Positions 8,476 to 17,093 of a DNA stretch of 64,000 nt are shown here, in pieces. Source of the stretch: Bacillota bacterium (GTDB lineage: Bacteria > Bacillota > Clostridia > Peptostreptococcales > Anaerovoracaceae); NCBI GenBank assembly GCA_028724585.1, contig JAQYCQ010000036.1:2693-66692 (forward strand). Direction: 5' to 3'. Positions within the stretch are counted from its first letter, which is position 1. The number at the start of each line of letters is the position of its first letter. Under the pieces are notes generated by a model, which was not told the origin of the DNA, did not search any database, and saw only the letters and a list, made by a program, of their open reading frames with translations. The position numbers and the translations under genes are program-made.

Positions 8476-10779
8476 TTATTTCGATTTCTTGGAACCGAAG
8501 AGGCTGGGCTTCTTGCTCTTATCTGAAGATTCAGCCTTTTCGGACTTGCTGCTGTCCTTATCATCCGAAGTGACTTCAGCGGTCTTGTAGATGTACTTGA
8601 CGCTTGCTGTCTCGCCGTCGAGGACTCCGCCGTAAGGCTTCTCTGAATTTGCGTAATCCTTTACAGCGTTGAGTCTGTCGAATGTACCGGCCAGGTCGCC
8701 GTTTACAGCTTCAGTGAGCTTTTTGATTCCCTTCTGGTCGAATTCGTACATTCCGTCTGAGAGAGTTTTAGCTCCTGATTCGAGAGCTGTCATGCCGTTG
8801 GCGAGCTTTACGGCTCCTGCGTTCAGAGTGTTTGCTCCGGCAGCCAGCTTGGATGTTCCTGCCTTGAGCTGAGCTGCTCCGGCATTGAGGTCGAGAGCTC
8901 CCTGAGTAAGCTGACCCATGTTGGAAGCGAGAGCTACGGCTCCCTTCTGCAGCTGGTCTACGCCGGAAGTGAGCTGGCCTGAGCTGGCAGCCAGCTTGCT
9001 TACTCCGCCTATGATAGCGCCCAGGTTATCGTCAGATGTGATAGCCGATGCTCCTGCCGCCATTCTTCCTGCGGTAGAAGCTATCTGTTCAGAGCCGTCC
9101 GCTATAGCGCCGGCACCGCTTGCCAGGTCTGAAGCTCCCTTGGAGAGCTGTGAAGCTCCGCCGGAGAGCTTTTCAGCGCCGGCCTCCAGTGATTTAGCTC
9201 CTGATACAGCGCCGCCGATACCGCCCGAAACGCCGCTAGCGTATTTAGCGGTTGCGCCTGCAGCGGCCTTTGCCTGTTCGAGGGCTCCCAGGGCCTGAGA
9301 GTATCCCGGTGTGGAAGGATCGAGCCCTTTGACAGCTGCTTCAGCCGCGGAGATGGCGCTGGATGTGCTGTTAGCGTATTTAGCTGTTTCGCTTGCTGCT
9401 GACTGGGCACTGGAAAGTCCCGAGGAGATCTTAGAAGCTCCTGCAGCAAGTGACTGCGCGTTGGAAGCCAGGGCCTGTCCGCCTGATGCCACTTCCTTAG
9501 CGCCCGGTACCAGCCTGCCGTTTATAGACGATGAGATCTTGTTGGCTCCCTGCTGGATGCCTTCGGCGCCCGCATAAAGGGAATTGTCGCTGCCCTTTAT
9601 GCTGTAGCTGATCTGCTGCAGTCCCTTGAGCATCTTCTGGGAATTGCCGGCTATATCAGCCGAATCGAGTCCGCTCTTGACTGTGGTAAGGCCGCTGGCG
9701 AGCTTATCAGCACCGTCCTGGAGCTGTGAGGCTCCGCTGGCCAGCTTTGATGTACCGCCTGCGAAAGCCGATACGCCGCTGTCGAGAGTGTAGGCTCCGT
9801 TTGCCAGAGTATTGATGCCGCCTGTAAGCTGGTCAGCTCCGTTGGCGGCTGTGACTGTTCCGTCAGCCAGTTCCTTGCTGCCGTTGACCAGCTTTGTGCT
9901 GGCAGCCTGCAGCTCGTCCATCTTCTTGCTGAGCTCATCAGCGCTGGAGATACTGTCGAGGTCAAGCTTCTTAAGCGCGTCGGATGTGCCGATGGTGAGG
10001 GTGCCCATGAGGTCGAAGTCTTCCACATCGCCTTCTATAGTCACGCTCTCAGGGATCCCGGCGCTTTCGATGCCAAGGCTCTGCGCCAGTCCCGGGAAAG
10101 CCATGCCGACAGCTATAGAGCGGGTGCCGTCGTTGATGATCTTTCCGTTTTTGATGGAGAGGTTCTTGACGCTGCTGTCTTCGAATACAGTTCCCGATAC
10201 CATGGCGTAAGGCTCGTATATGGTAGCGGCTTTGCCGTTTATAGTGGTCTTCTTCGCTGTATTGTTTTTATATGTGAAGCTCATCTTGAGATGGCCGGTA
10301 ACGTCTTTGATATCCTTACCGTCTATCTTGCTGCCGTCCAGCTCGTAGTCTATGCTGACATCTACAGGCAGCTTTTCTGTTGATCTGCCTTCGTAATATA
10401 TGTCGTTGCCGCCGGCCTTCCAGGTGATGGTGCCGTCGTTGTTTTCGCTGTAGCTTTCACTGCCTTTTACGTTCTCGACACCTGTCAGCGTAGTCTTATC
10501 GTTTAAAGTATCCGCGTCATCCTTGTTCTTGAGCCAGGAATCAACTATGATATCCTGCTTATCGCCGTTGGCGTCGGATACTACGTAAACGGTCGATTCC
10601 TTGCTGTCTGAGCTGCTGTCATCTGAAACGCCGATATTGTCGGCTGCTTCCGCGACCTCGTCGAGGTCGGAGCCGGACGAGCTGCTGTCAGACTTCGATG
10701 AGGCGGCGAATGCCGTAGTCCCCATGCTGGTGAGCACGAGGGCTGCTGACAGTACCACCGAGATCAGTTTCCTTTTCAT
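8476..10779 (-). CDS. Secreted protein with a long Leu-x-x-Gly heptad-repeat region, similar to YhgE/Pip-type repeats
   Basis: Signal peptide MKRKLISVVLSAALVLTSMGTTAFA, a ~270-aa N-terminal domain, then dozens of ..L..G... heptads (KLASGASQLQDGADKLASGL...). The tail is Lys/Ser-rich and there is no C-terminal TM segment. It starts 21 nt downstream of the MMPL gene. Confidence 0.75.
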   Translation of the reverse strand: MKRKLISVVLSAALVLTSMGTTAFAASSKSDSSSSGSDLDEVAEAADNIGVSDDSSSDSKESTVYVVSDANGDKQDIIVDSWLKNKDDADTLNDKTTLTGVENVKGSESYSENNDGTITWKAGGNDIYYEGRSTEKLPVDVSIDYELDGSKIDGKDIKDVTGHLKMSFTYKNNTAKKTTINGKAATIYEPYAMVSGTVFEDSSVKNLSIKNGKIINDGTRSIAVGMAFPGLAQSLGIESAGIPESVTIEGDVEDFDLMGTLTIGTSDALKKLDLDSISSADELSKKMDELQAASTKLVNGSKELADGTVTAANGADQLTGGINTLANGAYTLDSGVSAFAGGTSKLASGASQLQDGADKLASGLTTVKSGLDSADIAGNSQKMLKGLQQISYSIKGSDNSLYAGAEGIQQGANKISSSINGRLVPGAKEVASGGQALASNAQSLAAGASKISSGLSSAQSAASETAKYANSTSSAISAAEAAVKGLDPSTPGYSQALGALEQAKAAAGATAKYASGVSGGIGGAVSGAKSLEAGAEKLSGGASQLSKGASDLASGAGAIADGSEQIASTAGRMAAGASAITSDDNLGAIIGGVSKLAASSGQLTSGVDQLQKGAVALASNMGQLTQGALDLNAGAAQLKAGTSKLAAGANTLNAGAVKLANGMTALESGAKTLSDGMYEFDQKGIKKLTEAVNGDLAGTFDRLNAVKDYANSEKPYGGVLDGETASVKYIYKTAEVTSDDKDSSKSEKAESSDKSKKPSLFGSKKSK

Positions 10780-10800
10780 GATCTGTCACGTCCCTTTCCT

Positions 10801-12867
10801 TTAATTCGTTAGATGTCTCATGCCGCCGGTAGTCTTGCAGATGAACTTGTCGCAGAGCATGAGCAGGCTCGGCAGGAGTACAAGTACCATTACCATGCTG
10901 ATGAGGGCTCCGCGGGCCATGAGTACGCAGATGGAGCTGATCAGGTCTACGTCGGAGTAGAGGCCTACGCCGAACGTCGCCGCGAAGAATCCAAGAGCGC
11001 TGGTTATTATCGAGTTCATAGAAGTGCTGAGTGCTGTGAGCACTGATGACTGTTTATCATTTCCGGCCATTCTCTCAGTCTTGTATCGCGTAGTCATCAG
11101 TATCGCGTAGTCGACTGTAGCGCCGAGCTGGATCGTTCCTATTACGATGTTGGCTATGAACGGCAGCTGCGTTCCGGTCAGACCGGATAATCCAAGGTTT
11201 ATGTATATGGCCTCTTCTATTACAAACACAAGTATCACAGGCAGCGACGCGGACTTCAGGACCAGAAGTATGATTATGAATATCATCAGTATAGAGACTG
11301 CCGATACTGTGTTAAAGTCGTGGTTAGATATCTTTATCAGATCCCGGGTTGCCGGAGCTTCTCCGACCAGCATTCCTCCGGAATCGTATTTCTTTATTAT
11401 CTTTTCTATCTGTGTGCACTGCTTGTTTACCTGATCTGTAGCGACCTGGTACTCGGACGAAACGAGCAGCATCTTCCATTTTCCTGACTCGAAGGTATCC
11501 TTGAGTTTATCAGGGATCATAACGTCAGGTACCGAAGCGCCTATGACCGAATCGTAGCCGGCCGCCATCTGGACTCCTTTTACATCGCTGATCTCATCCG
11601 TCATGTTTCTGGTATCCTGTCTGGACAGGTCTGAGTGGACGAGGACCATGGATATGGAGTTCATGCCGTATTCGTCTTTAAGCTTCTGGTTGGCTTGTAC
11701 CGACGGAAGGTCTTTAGGCAGGCTGTTGTCAAGCTTGTAGTAAAGGTTGATGTTGTTGTAGAAGATCACGGCAGGTATCCAGAGGACCAGCATTATGATG
11801 GCCACGGACCTGTGGTGCTTCACTATGAAAGCTGACAGCCTGTGAGGCGGCACCTGTATCTTGAAGTGGGCTGTCTTCTGTATAGGCTTGTCGAACATGA
11901 GCAGGAGCGACGGAAGTATCGTTACGCAGCAGACAACTCCCAGTACTACTCCCTTTGCCATTACCAGTCCCAGGTTGAGTCCCAGAGTAAATGACATGAA
12001 GCAGAGGGCTATGAATCCGGCTATGGTCGTGAGCGACGATCCACTGACGGATACTATCGTATTAGCTATCGCGTGGGCCATTGCTTCTTTACGGTCGCTG
12101 TATATCTCACGCTGCTCCTCGAAGTTTCCATACAGGAATATGGAGTAGTCCATGGTGACCGCCAGCTGCAGCACTGCCGCCAGCGCCATGGTTATGAAGG
12201 ATATCTCGCCTATCAGCCCGTTGGTGCCCAAGTTATATATGATCGCTATTCCTATATCAGCAAGGAAGAGCAGAGGGACCAGAAAGGAATCCATGAAGAG
12301 CATCATGACTCCGCAGGATAAGAGCACGGCGATCAGAACGTAGATGCCCTCTTCTTTATTGGTAAGATCTCTGGTATCAGCTGTTATCGACGACATGCTG
12401 GACAGGAAAGCCTGTTTGCCGGCCAGCTTCTGAATCTCGTCGATCGCGTCAAGAGTTTCCTCAGCCGATGTCGAAGTATCCATGAACATGAACATGAGCT
12501 GTCCGTTGCCCTTATTGGAGTAGAAGGTATCCTGGACCTTCTGAGGGAGCGCGGAGACCGGAATGTCTGTATCCGCGAGGGTGAGAACGCTCTTTACATG
12601 GTCCACTTTTTCTACTTTATGTTTGAGTTTCAGTACATCCGCGTCGGACATATCGTCACAGACGAAGATGCCGTATGCTCCGGTTCCAAATTCGTCCATC
12701 AGTATCTGCTGGCCCTCCATAGAATCGATAGAATCAGGCAGATAGTAAAGGACGTCGTAGTTTATTTTCGTATTGATAAATCCGAAGATCGATGGTATGA
12801 GAAGAATGACCGCGAGGATCAGTATCGGTATCCGGAATCTGACTATCGTTTTGCCAAACCTGAGCAA
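10801..12867 (-). CDS. MMPL/RND-superfamily membrane transporter
   Basis: 688 aa with two blocks of ~6 TM helices, each preceded by a large extracytoplasmic loop. TTG start 6 nt after GGAGGTG. Confidence 0.85.
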   Translation of the reverse strand: MLRFGKTIVRFRIPILILAVILLIPSIFGFINTKINYDVLYYLPDSIDSMEGQQILMDEFGTGAYGIFVCDDMSDADVLKLKHKVEKVDHVKSVLTLADTDIPVSALPQKVQDTFYSNKGNGQLMFMFMDTSTSAEETLDAIDEIQKLAGKQAFLSSMSSITADTRDLTNKEEGIYVLIAVLLSCGVMMLFMDSFLVPLLFLADIGIAIIYNLGTNGLIGEISFITMALAAVLQLAVTMDYSIFLYGNFEEQREIYSDRKEAMAHAIANTIVSVSGSSLTTIAGFIALCFMSFTLGLNLGLVMAKGVVLGVVCCVTILPSLLLMFDKPIQKTAHFKIQVPPHRLSAFIVKHHRSVAIIMLVLWIPAVIFYNNINLYYKLDNSLPKDLPSVQANQKLKDEYGMNSISMVLVHSDLSRQDTRNMTDEISDVKGVQMAAGYDSVIGASVPDVMIPDKLKDTFESGKWKMLLVSSEYQVATDQVNKQCTQIEKIIKKYDSGGMLVGEAPATRDLIKISNHDFNTVSAVSILMIFIIILLVLKSASLPVILVFVIEEAIYINLGLSGLTGTQLPFIANIVIGTIQLGATVDYAILMTTRYKTERMAGNDKQSSVLTALSTSMNSIITSALGFFAATFGVGLYSDVDLISSICVLMARGALISMVMVLVLLPSLLMLCDKFICKTTGGMRHLTN

Positions 12868-12905
12868 AATTTCACCTCCTCTTTTAATAATGCAGAATAA
12901 TATAT

Positions 12906-12993
12906 TGACTATCAGTCATTATTTCAAAGCACAGTATAAAATAGTTATGACCAGCGGTCAATACTTTTAAAAGATAAAAATGACTTACGGTCA
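12906..12993. promoter_or_regulatory. Three TGAC-N5-GTCA palindromes, candidate TetR operators
   Basis: TGACtatcaGTCA (12906-12918), TGACcagcgGTCA (12948-12960) and TGACttacgGTCA (12981-12993), all in the divergent spacer between the MMPL and TetR genes. Confidence 0.6.
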
Positions 12994-13000
12994 CTTTGTG

Positions 13001-13029
13001 TTGACGAATCAATTTTTAGAGCATACAAT
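13001..13029 (+). promoter_or_regulatory. Promoter of the TetR gene
   Basis: TTGACG, a 17-nt spacer, then TACAAT. Confidence 0.55.
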
Positions 13030-13093
13030 AATTACAAATTGGCAGGGAACTGGCAGATGCCGGCAAGGCAGATATCCCTATGGAGATGAAATT

Positions 13094-13819
13094 ATGGGTA
13101 AGATCGAAGACAAAAAACTTCATAAGCGGGAGAAGCTCCTGGAGACGGCCCTTTCATTATTCCTGGAGAAGGGGCTGAACAAGACTTCGATATCCGACAT
13201 AACGACGAACGCCGGAGTCGCGAAGGGAACCTTTTACCTGTATTTCCGCGACAAGTACGACTTGAGGAAAAAGCTGATAGTCAGCAAGTCCGCGGAGCTG
13301 TTCGACCACGCTATAGAAAAGCTGGAGCGATCAGGCGCCTCATGTTTTGAGGACCAGATGATAATACTGATAGACGATATAATAAACCAGCTGGCGGCGG
13401 ATACAGCTGTGCTGAAATTCATAAACAAAAATCTCAGCATGGGCATGGTAATGTCGGCCATGAAAATGGACGCAGACGCGGAGCACAACGATTATATGAC
13501 CTATCTTTCGGACCTGATGCGCAAGACACCTGATGTAGAATGGAAGGCTCCGCATATAATGCTCTTTTCGGTAGTGGAGCTGGTCAGCAGCACCTGCTAC
13601 AGCGTCATACTGGGCAACAATCCCGTGGACCTGGCTCATTTCAAGCCATATCTATACAATGACGTGAGGAGCATAATAAAAAACCATGAAGTCCCTTTAA
13701 AAAAAAAACCTGAAAAGACAAAGCTTGGGCAGAAGCTGGGCTCACTGAAGGAACTGCCGCTCGACCGCCTGAAAAATCAGATAATACCGTCGGGAGGCGG
13801 TTCGCTCCGGCACGCGTAA
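13094..13819 (+). CDS. TetR/AcrR-family transcriptional regulator
   Basis: ATG 13094 follows GGAGATG; the ORF track start at 12980 lies inside an operator. HTH region: LNKTSISDITTNAGVAKGTFYLYFRDKYDL. Confidence 0.85.
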   Translation: MGKIEDKKLHKREKLLETALSLFLEKGLNKTSISDITTNAGVAKGTFYLYFRDKYDLRKKLIVSKSAELFDHAIEKLERSGASCFEDQMIILIDDIINQLAADTAVLKFINKNLSMGMVMSAMKMDADAEHNDYMTYLSDLMRKTPDVEWKAPHIMLFSVVELVSSTCYSVILGNNPVDLAHFKPYLYNDVRSIIKNHEVPLKKKPEKTKLGQKLGSLKELPLDRLKNQIIPSGGGSLRHA

Positions 13820-13865
13820 ATAAAAAGCACCCTGTTTTTACAGCTGCTATAATGAAGCGGTTTCC

Positions 13866-13899
13866 GTCGGCTCCGCCGACGAGCGTCCGCGGAGCGGAC
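13866..13899. repeat. Twin GC hairpins (TCC loop then GGA loop)
   Basis: GTCGGC-TCC-GCCGAC (13866-13880) and GTCCGC-GGA-GCGGAC (13885-13899), enclosed by an imperfect outer inverted repeat (aagcggtttc ... gaaaagccgctt). Confidence 0.8.
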
Positions 13900-14153
13900 G
13901 AAAAGCCGCTTATATCCAGGCCTGTTTTCATCAATGCCTGCGCGCAGGATAAATGAATTGTTGATAAAGCTCTACAGGCTTGCGTGTCTATAGTATTTAG
14001 ATGTACAAAACAAGAAAACTGTATAGTACTGGATTCTGAGGCTGGATTGAATGGCCTGAATTAATGTGTTAGAATAACGCAACTGCGTTGGAACGGCGCT
14101 GACACGCCGTAAATTGAAACCTGCTTAATGCCAGTGTGTGGAGGTAGAGAAAA

Positions 14154-15545
14154 ATGAATATCCCAGAACCTGTCATGCGCTTCGGGATCACGCGCATGCT
14201 CAAATATGTAAAGAAAGATCCGGACAGGAACCTGATCAAGATCATGAACATGATAGATAAGATCATGGGCGACAAGTTCCAGCGCCAGAGAAAGGGCGTC
14301 AGGAAGGTCATCGAAAATCCGGCGGATCCGTATAATATTTTTATAAGGAAGGTGCTCACCGATACAGACTTCGAACAGCTGAAGACCTTTGTGGTAAATT
14401 TCTTCCTCAATGTAAACAACAAGGGCTGGCCTATCCAGGATAAGCTCAGGGAGCAGTACAACTGCAATATCCCGTGGGCGATCCTGCTGGACCCGACTTC
14501 AGCCTGCAATCTCCACTGCAAGGGCTGCTGGGCCGGCGAGTACGGCAACAGGCTCAACCTTTCCTTCGATGAGATAGACGATATCATAACACAGGGTAAG
14601 GAACTCGGCATTTATATGTACATTTATACAGGCGGCGAGCCGCTGGTAAGGAAGAACGACCTCATCAACATCTGCAGGAAGCACAGCGACTGTATCTTCC
14701 TGAACTTCACCAACGGAACGCTCATCGACGAAGAATTCGCGGACAGGATGCTGGAGGTAAAGAACTTCGTTCCGGCTATCTCGCTGGAGGGCTTCGAAGA
14801 AGCTACAGATTCAAGAAGAGGCACAGGCACATACCAGAAGGTGCTCAGAGCCATAGATATCCTCAAGAAGAAGCACCTCATCTACGGGATCTCGGCCTGC
14901 TATACGCGTGACAACATGGAGTCTATCACTTCAGAGGAATTCTACGACAAGCTGATAGAGCTCGGCGTGTACTTCATCTGGTACTTCCACTATATGCCGG
15001 TCGGAGCCGACGCTGTGCCTGACCTCATCCCGACACCTGAGCAGCGCGTCATGATGTTCAAGAGACTGAGGGATTATAGGTCGCGCAAGCCGCTCTTCGC
15101 CATGGACTTCCAGAACGACGGCGAATATGTGGGCGGATGCATTGCGGGAGGCAGAAGGTATCTGCACATCAACGCCAACGGCGATGTAGATCCTTGCGTA
15201 TTTATACATTATTCCAACGCTAATATCAGAAAGATGTCTCTGCTTGACTGCCTGAGGAGCCCGCTCTTCCAGGCTTATCACGACGGCCAGCCTTTCAACG
15301 ACAATATGCTGCGTCCGTGTCCTATGCTTGAGAACCCTGAGATACTGCCGGAGCTGGTTAAAAGGACCGGCGCTCATCCGACAGACTATACCGCTCAGGA
15401 AACTCCGGAACAGCTCTGTGAGAAGTGCAAGGCTTATTCCGAGAGCTGGGCGCCTGTAGCTGCGGATCTCTGGAAGCTGAGACAGGAAGAAAAGGCAGAG
15501 AGAGCCAGACAGGAAGAGGAAGAAGAGAAATCTGCTGTTAAATAG
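14154..15545 (+). CDS. Radical SAM protein of unknown specificity
   Basis: CNLHCKGCW (the CxxxCxxC cluster), GGEPL, and additional C-terminal Cys residues (CVFIHYS..., RPCPM). GGAGG RBS. Confidence 0.8.
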   Translation: MNIPEPVMRFGITRMLKYVKKDPDRNLIKIMNMIDKIMGDKFQRQRKGVRKVIENPADPYNIFIRKVLTDTDFEQLKTFVVNFFLNVNNKGWPIQDKLREQYNCNIPWAILLDPTSACNLHCKGCWAGEYGNRLNLSFDEIDDIITQGKELGIYMYIYTGGEPLVRKNDLINICRKHSDCIFLNFTNGTLIDEEFADRMLEVKNFVPAISLEGFEEATDSRRGTGTYQKVLRAIDILKKKHLIYGISACYTRDNMESITSEEFYDKLIELGVYFIWYFHYMPVGADAVPDLIPTPEQRVMMFKRLRDYRSRKPLFAMDFQNDGEYVGGCIAGGRRYLHINANGDVDPCVFIHYSNANIRKMSLLDCLRSPLFQAYHDGQPFNDNMLRPCPMLENPEILPELVKRTGAHPTDYTAQETPEQLCEKCKAYSESWAPVAADLWKLRQEEKAERARQEEEEEKSAVK

Positions 15546-15594
15546 GGCGGAAGCAGGCTCTTGAAGCAGACTTATAATGATAGAGATTTACGGC

Positions 15595-15623
15595 GCGGGT
15601 CCTGTGCGGATCCGCGTCTTTTT
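15595..15623 (+). terminator. Rho-independent terminator
   Basis: GCGGGTCC-tgtgc-GGATCCGC followed by gtcttttt. Confidence 0.7.
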
Positions 15624-15705
15624 AGATTATCCTATCGGCGTTACCACAGCTGATGGTATAATTAAAAAATACATCGGAATGAATTTTACAGACAGGAGAT
15701 AATAT

Positions 15706-16194
15706 ATGGCAGCAGAAACACTTATCGTTTACTATTCATGGAGCGGCAATTCCGAAAAGCTGGCTAAGAACCTTCACCAGGCGATCATAGGCAGCGACCT
15801 CTTCAAGATCGTCACCAAGCGCAAATATTCGGCCAGCTTTTTCCTGGCAGCCTTCCAGGCAGGCCGCGAGAAGAGGAAACACGCCAGACCTGAGATAGAG
15901 GGCGGCATAGCAGGCAAAAAAATGTCCAAATATGAAAGGATCATACTTATCTACCCTATATGGGACGGTTCCTGCCCTATGTGCGTGCTGACCTTCCTGG
16001 AGAGCATAAAGACAAAAGACCTGGACATTTTCCCGATCTCCACCAGCTCATCTGTGACCCTGGGCTCCAGCCTCAAGGCTATCAGAGAATCAGCGCCTGA
16101 AGCAAACATCGCGGAAGGCCTTGCGGTTCCGGGCAAGGCGGCGGATACCCAGAAGGCTGTCAATACGGTATTCCATTATCTCGGATTAAAATAG
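15706..16194 (+). CDS. Flavodoxin-family protein
   Basis: N-terminus TLIVYYSWSGNSEKLA, 162 aa, AGGAGA RBS. Confidence 0.7.
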   Translation: MAAETLIVYYSWSGNSEKLAKNLHQAIIGSDLFKIVTKRKYSASFFLAAFQAGREKRKHARPEIEGGIAGKKMSKYERIILIYPIWDGSCPMCVLTFLESIKTKDLDIFPISTSSSVTLGSSLKAIRESAPEANIAEGLAVPGKAADTQKAVNTVFHYLGLK

Positions 16195-16205
16195 GAGGCG
16201 GGATC

Positions 16206-16610
16206 ATGATACTCATGGCATGCGTAGACGACGGAATGGGAATGATGTTCAACCACAGGCGCCAGAGCAGCGACAGCGTACTTAGACTGAGGATGCTGAG
16301 CGTAACGGCAGGCCATAAGTTCTGGATGAATGAATATACTGCTTCCCAGTTCGACAGCGCTGACAGTATAAATGTAAGCGAAGACCCGCTGGGATCCGCC
16401 GGCGAGGATGATTTCTGCTTCGTGGAAAATGTAGATCCGACCGCTCACGCGGACAAGATCCTCCGGATATATCTGTATAGATGGAACAGGGCATATCCTT
16501 CGGACTTTAAGTTCATGCTGGACCTGTCAGGATACCAGTTAGAGAGCAGCGTCGATTTTGCCGGCAATTCCCATGAAAAGATCACAGAAGAAGTCTATAT
16601 AAAGAAATAG
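16206..16610 (+). CDS. Hypothetical protein
   Basis: 134 aa with an AGGAGG RBS, 11 nt after the flavodoxin gene. The N-terminus MILMACVDDGMGMMF faintly resembles a DHFR-like start, but I cannot support a family call. Confidence 0.55.
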   Translation: MILMACVDDGMGMMFNHRRQSSDSVLRLRMLSVTAGHKFWMNEYTASQFDSADSINVSEDPLGSAGEDDFCFVENVDPTAHADKILRIYLYRWNRAYPSDFKFMLDLSGYQLESSVDFAGNSHEKITEEVYIKK

Positions 16611-16731
16611 AGAAGGCAGGCTGAACACCTGTAAATTACAGGGATACCGGGGGGACAGACCTCTGCTGGAATCTGTGTTTTTTTGAAAGAACAAAAAGCT
16701 TAAAATTTGCTTTAACTTAAGATAAAAAGCC

Positions 16732-16760
16732 TTGACAATTGATAGAGTTTAATAGATACT
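16732..16760 (+). promoter_or_regulatory. Promoter-like element in the non-coding gap
   Basis: TTGACA, a 17-nt spacer, then GATACT. No ORF follows it. Confidence 0.35.
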
Positions 16761-16939
16761 AAGTATATACATAGCTGATACAAAGCTATCACATATAAAG
16801 GGTAAAATTAAGCTGTCAGTAAGTTAAGAAGACAATCCCAATCAAAAGCAGACGCTGACGGCCGGCCTGTTCCCCGCAGGCGGTATTAAATTTGCAAAAT
16901 ACCTATAATCCCTTTGTAGAATAATAGAAAAATTGACAG

Positions 16940-16981
16940 CGAAAATGCAGAGTTCTCCCCGACTCTGCATTTTCGTTTTTT
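16940..16981 (+). terminator. Strong orphan rho-independent terminator
   Basis: CGAAAATGCAGAGT / ACTCTGCATTTTCG (14 bp perfect) with an 8-nt loop, followed by T6. No CDS lies upstream within 330 nt. Confidence 0.8.
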
Positions 16982-16989
16982 GTAAGGCG

Positions 16990-17029
16990 CGGCGGCCGGG
17001 ACTTCTTCAATTGACAGTCCCGGCCGCCG
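16990..17029. repeat. 14-bp perfect GC-rich hairpin overlapping the putative asnS promoter
   Basis: CGGCGGCCGGGACT - 12-nt loop - AGTCCCGGCCGCCG. The loop contains TTGACA (17011-17016), and 17 nt later comes TACATT. Confidence 0.75.
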
Positions 17030-17093
17030 GTGTTACATTTGTTTCAAATCGCTTGCTCTAAGCGTTGGAAACAGATAAACAGAGGTGGAAGGT

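Noticed and set aside
16611-17093. Possible T-box leader upstream of asnS
   Set aside because: I found no AGAGA / GGTG..A stem I features and no GGTGG.ACC.CG T-box sequence. The terminator present is not preceded by any antiterminator-compatible element.
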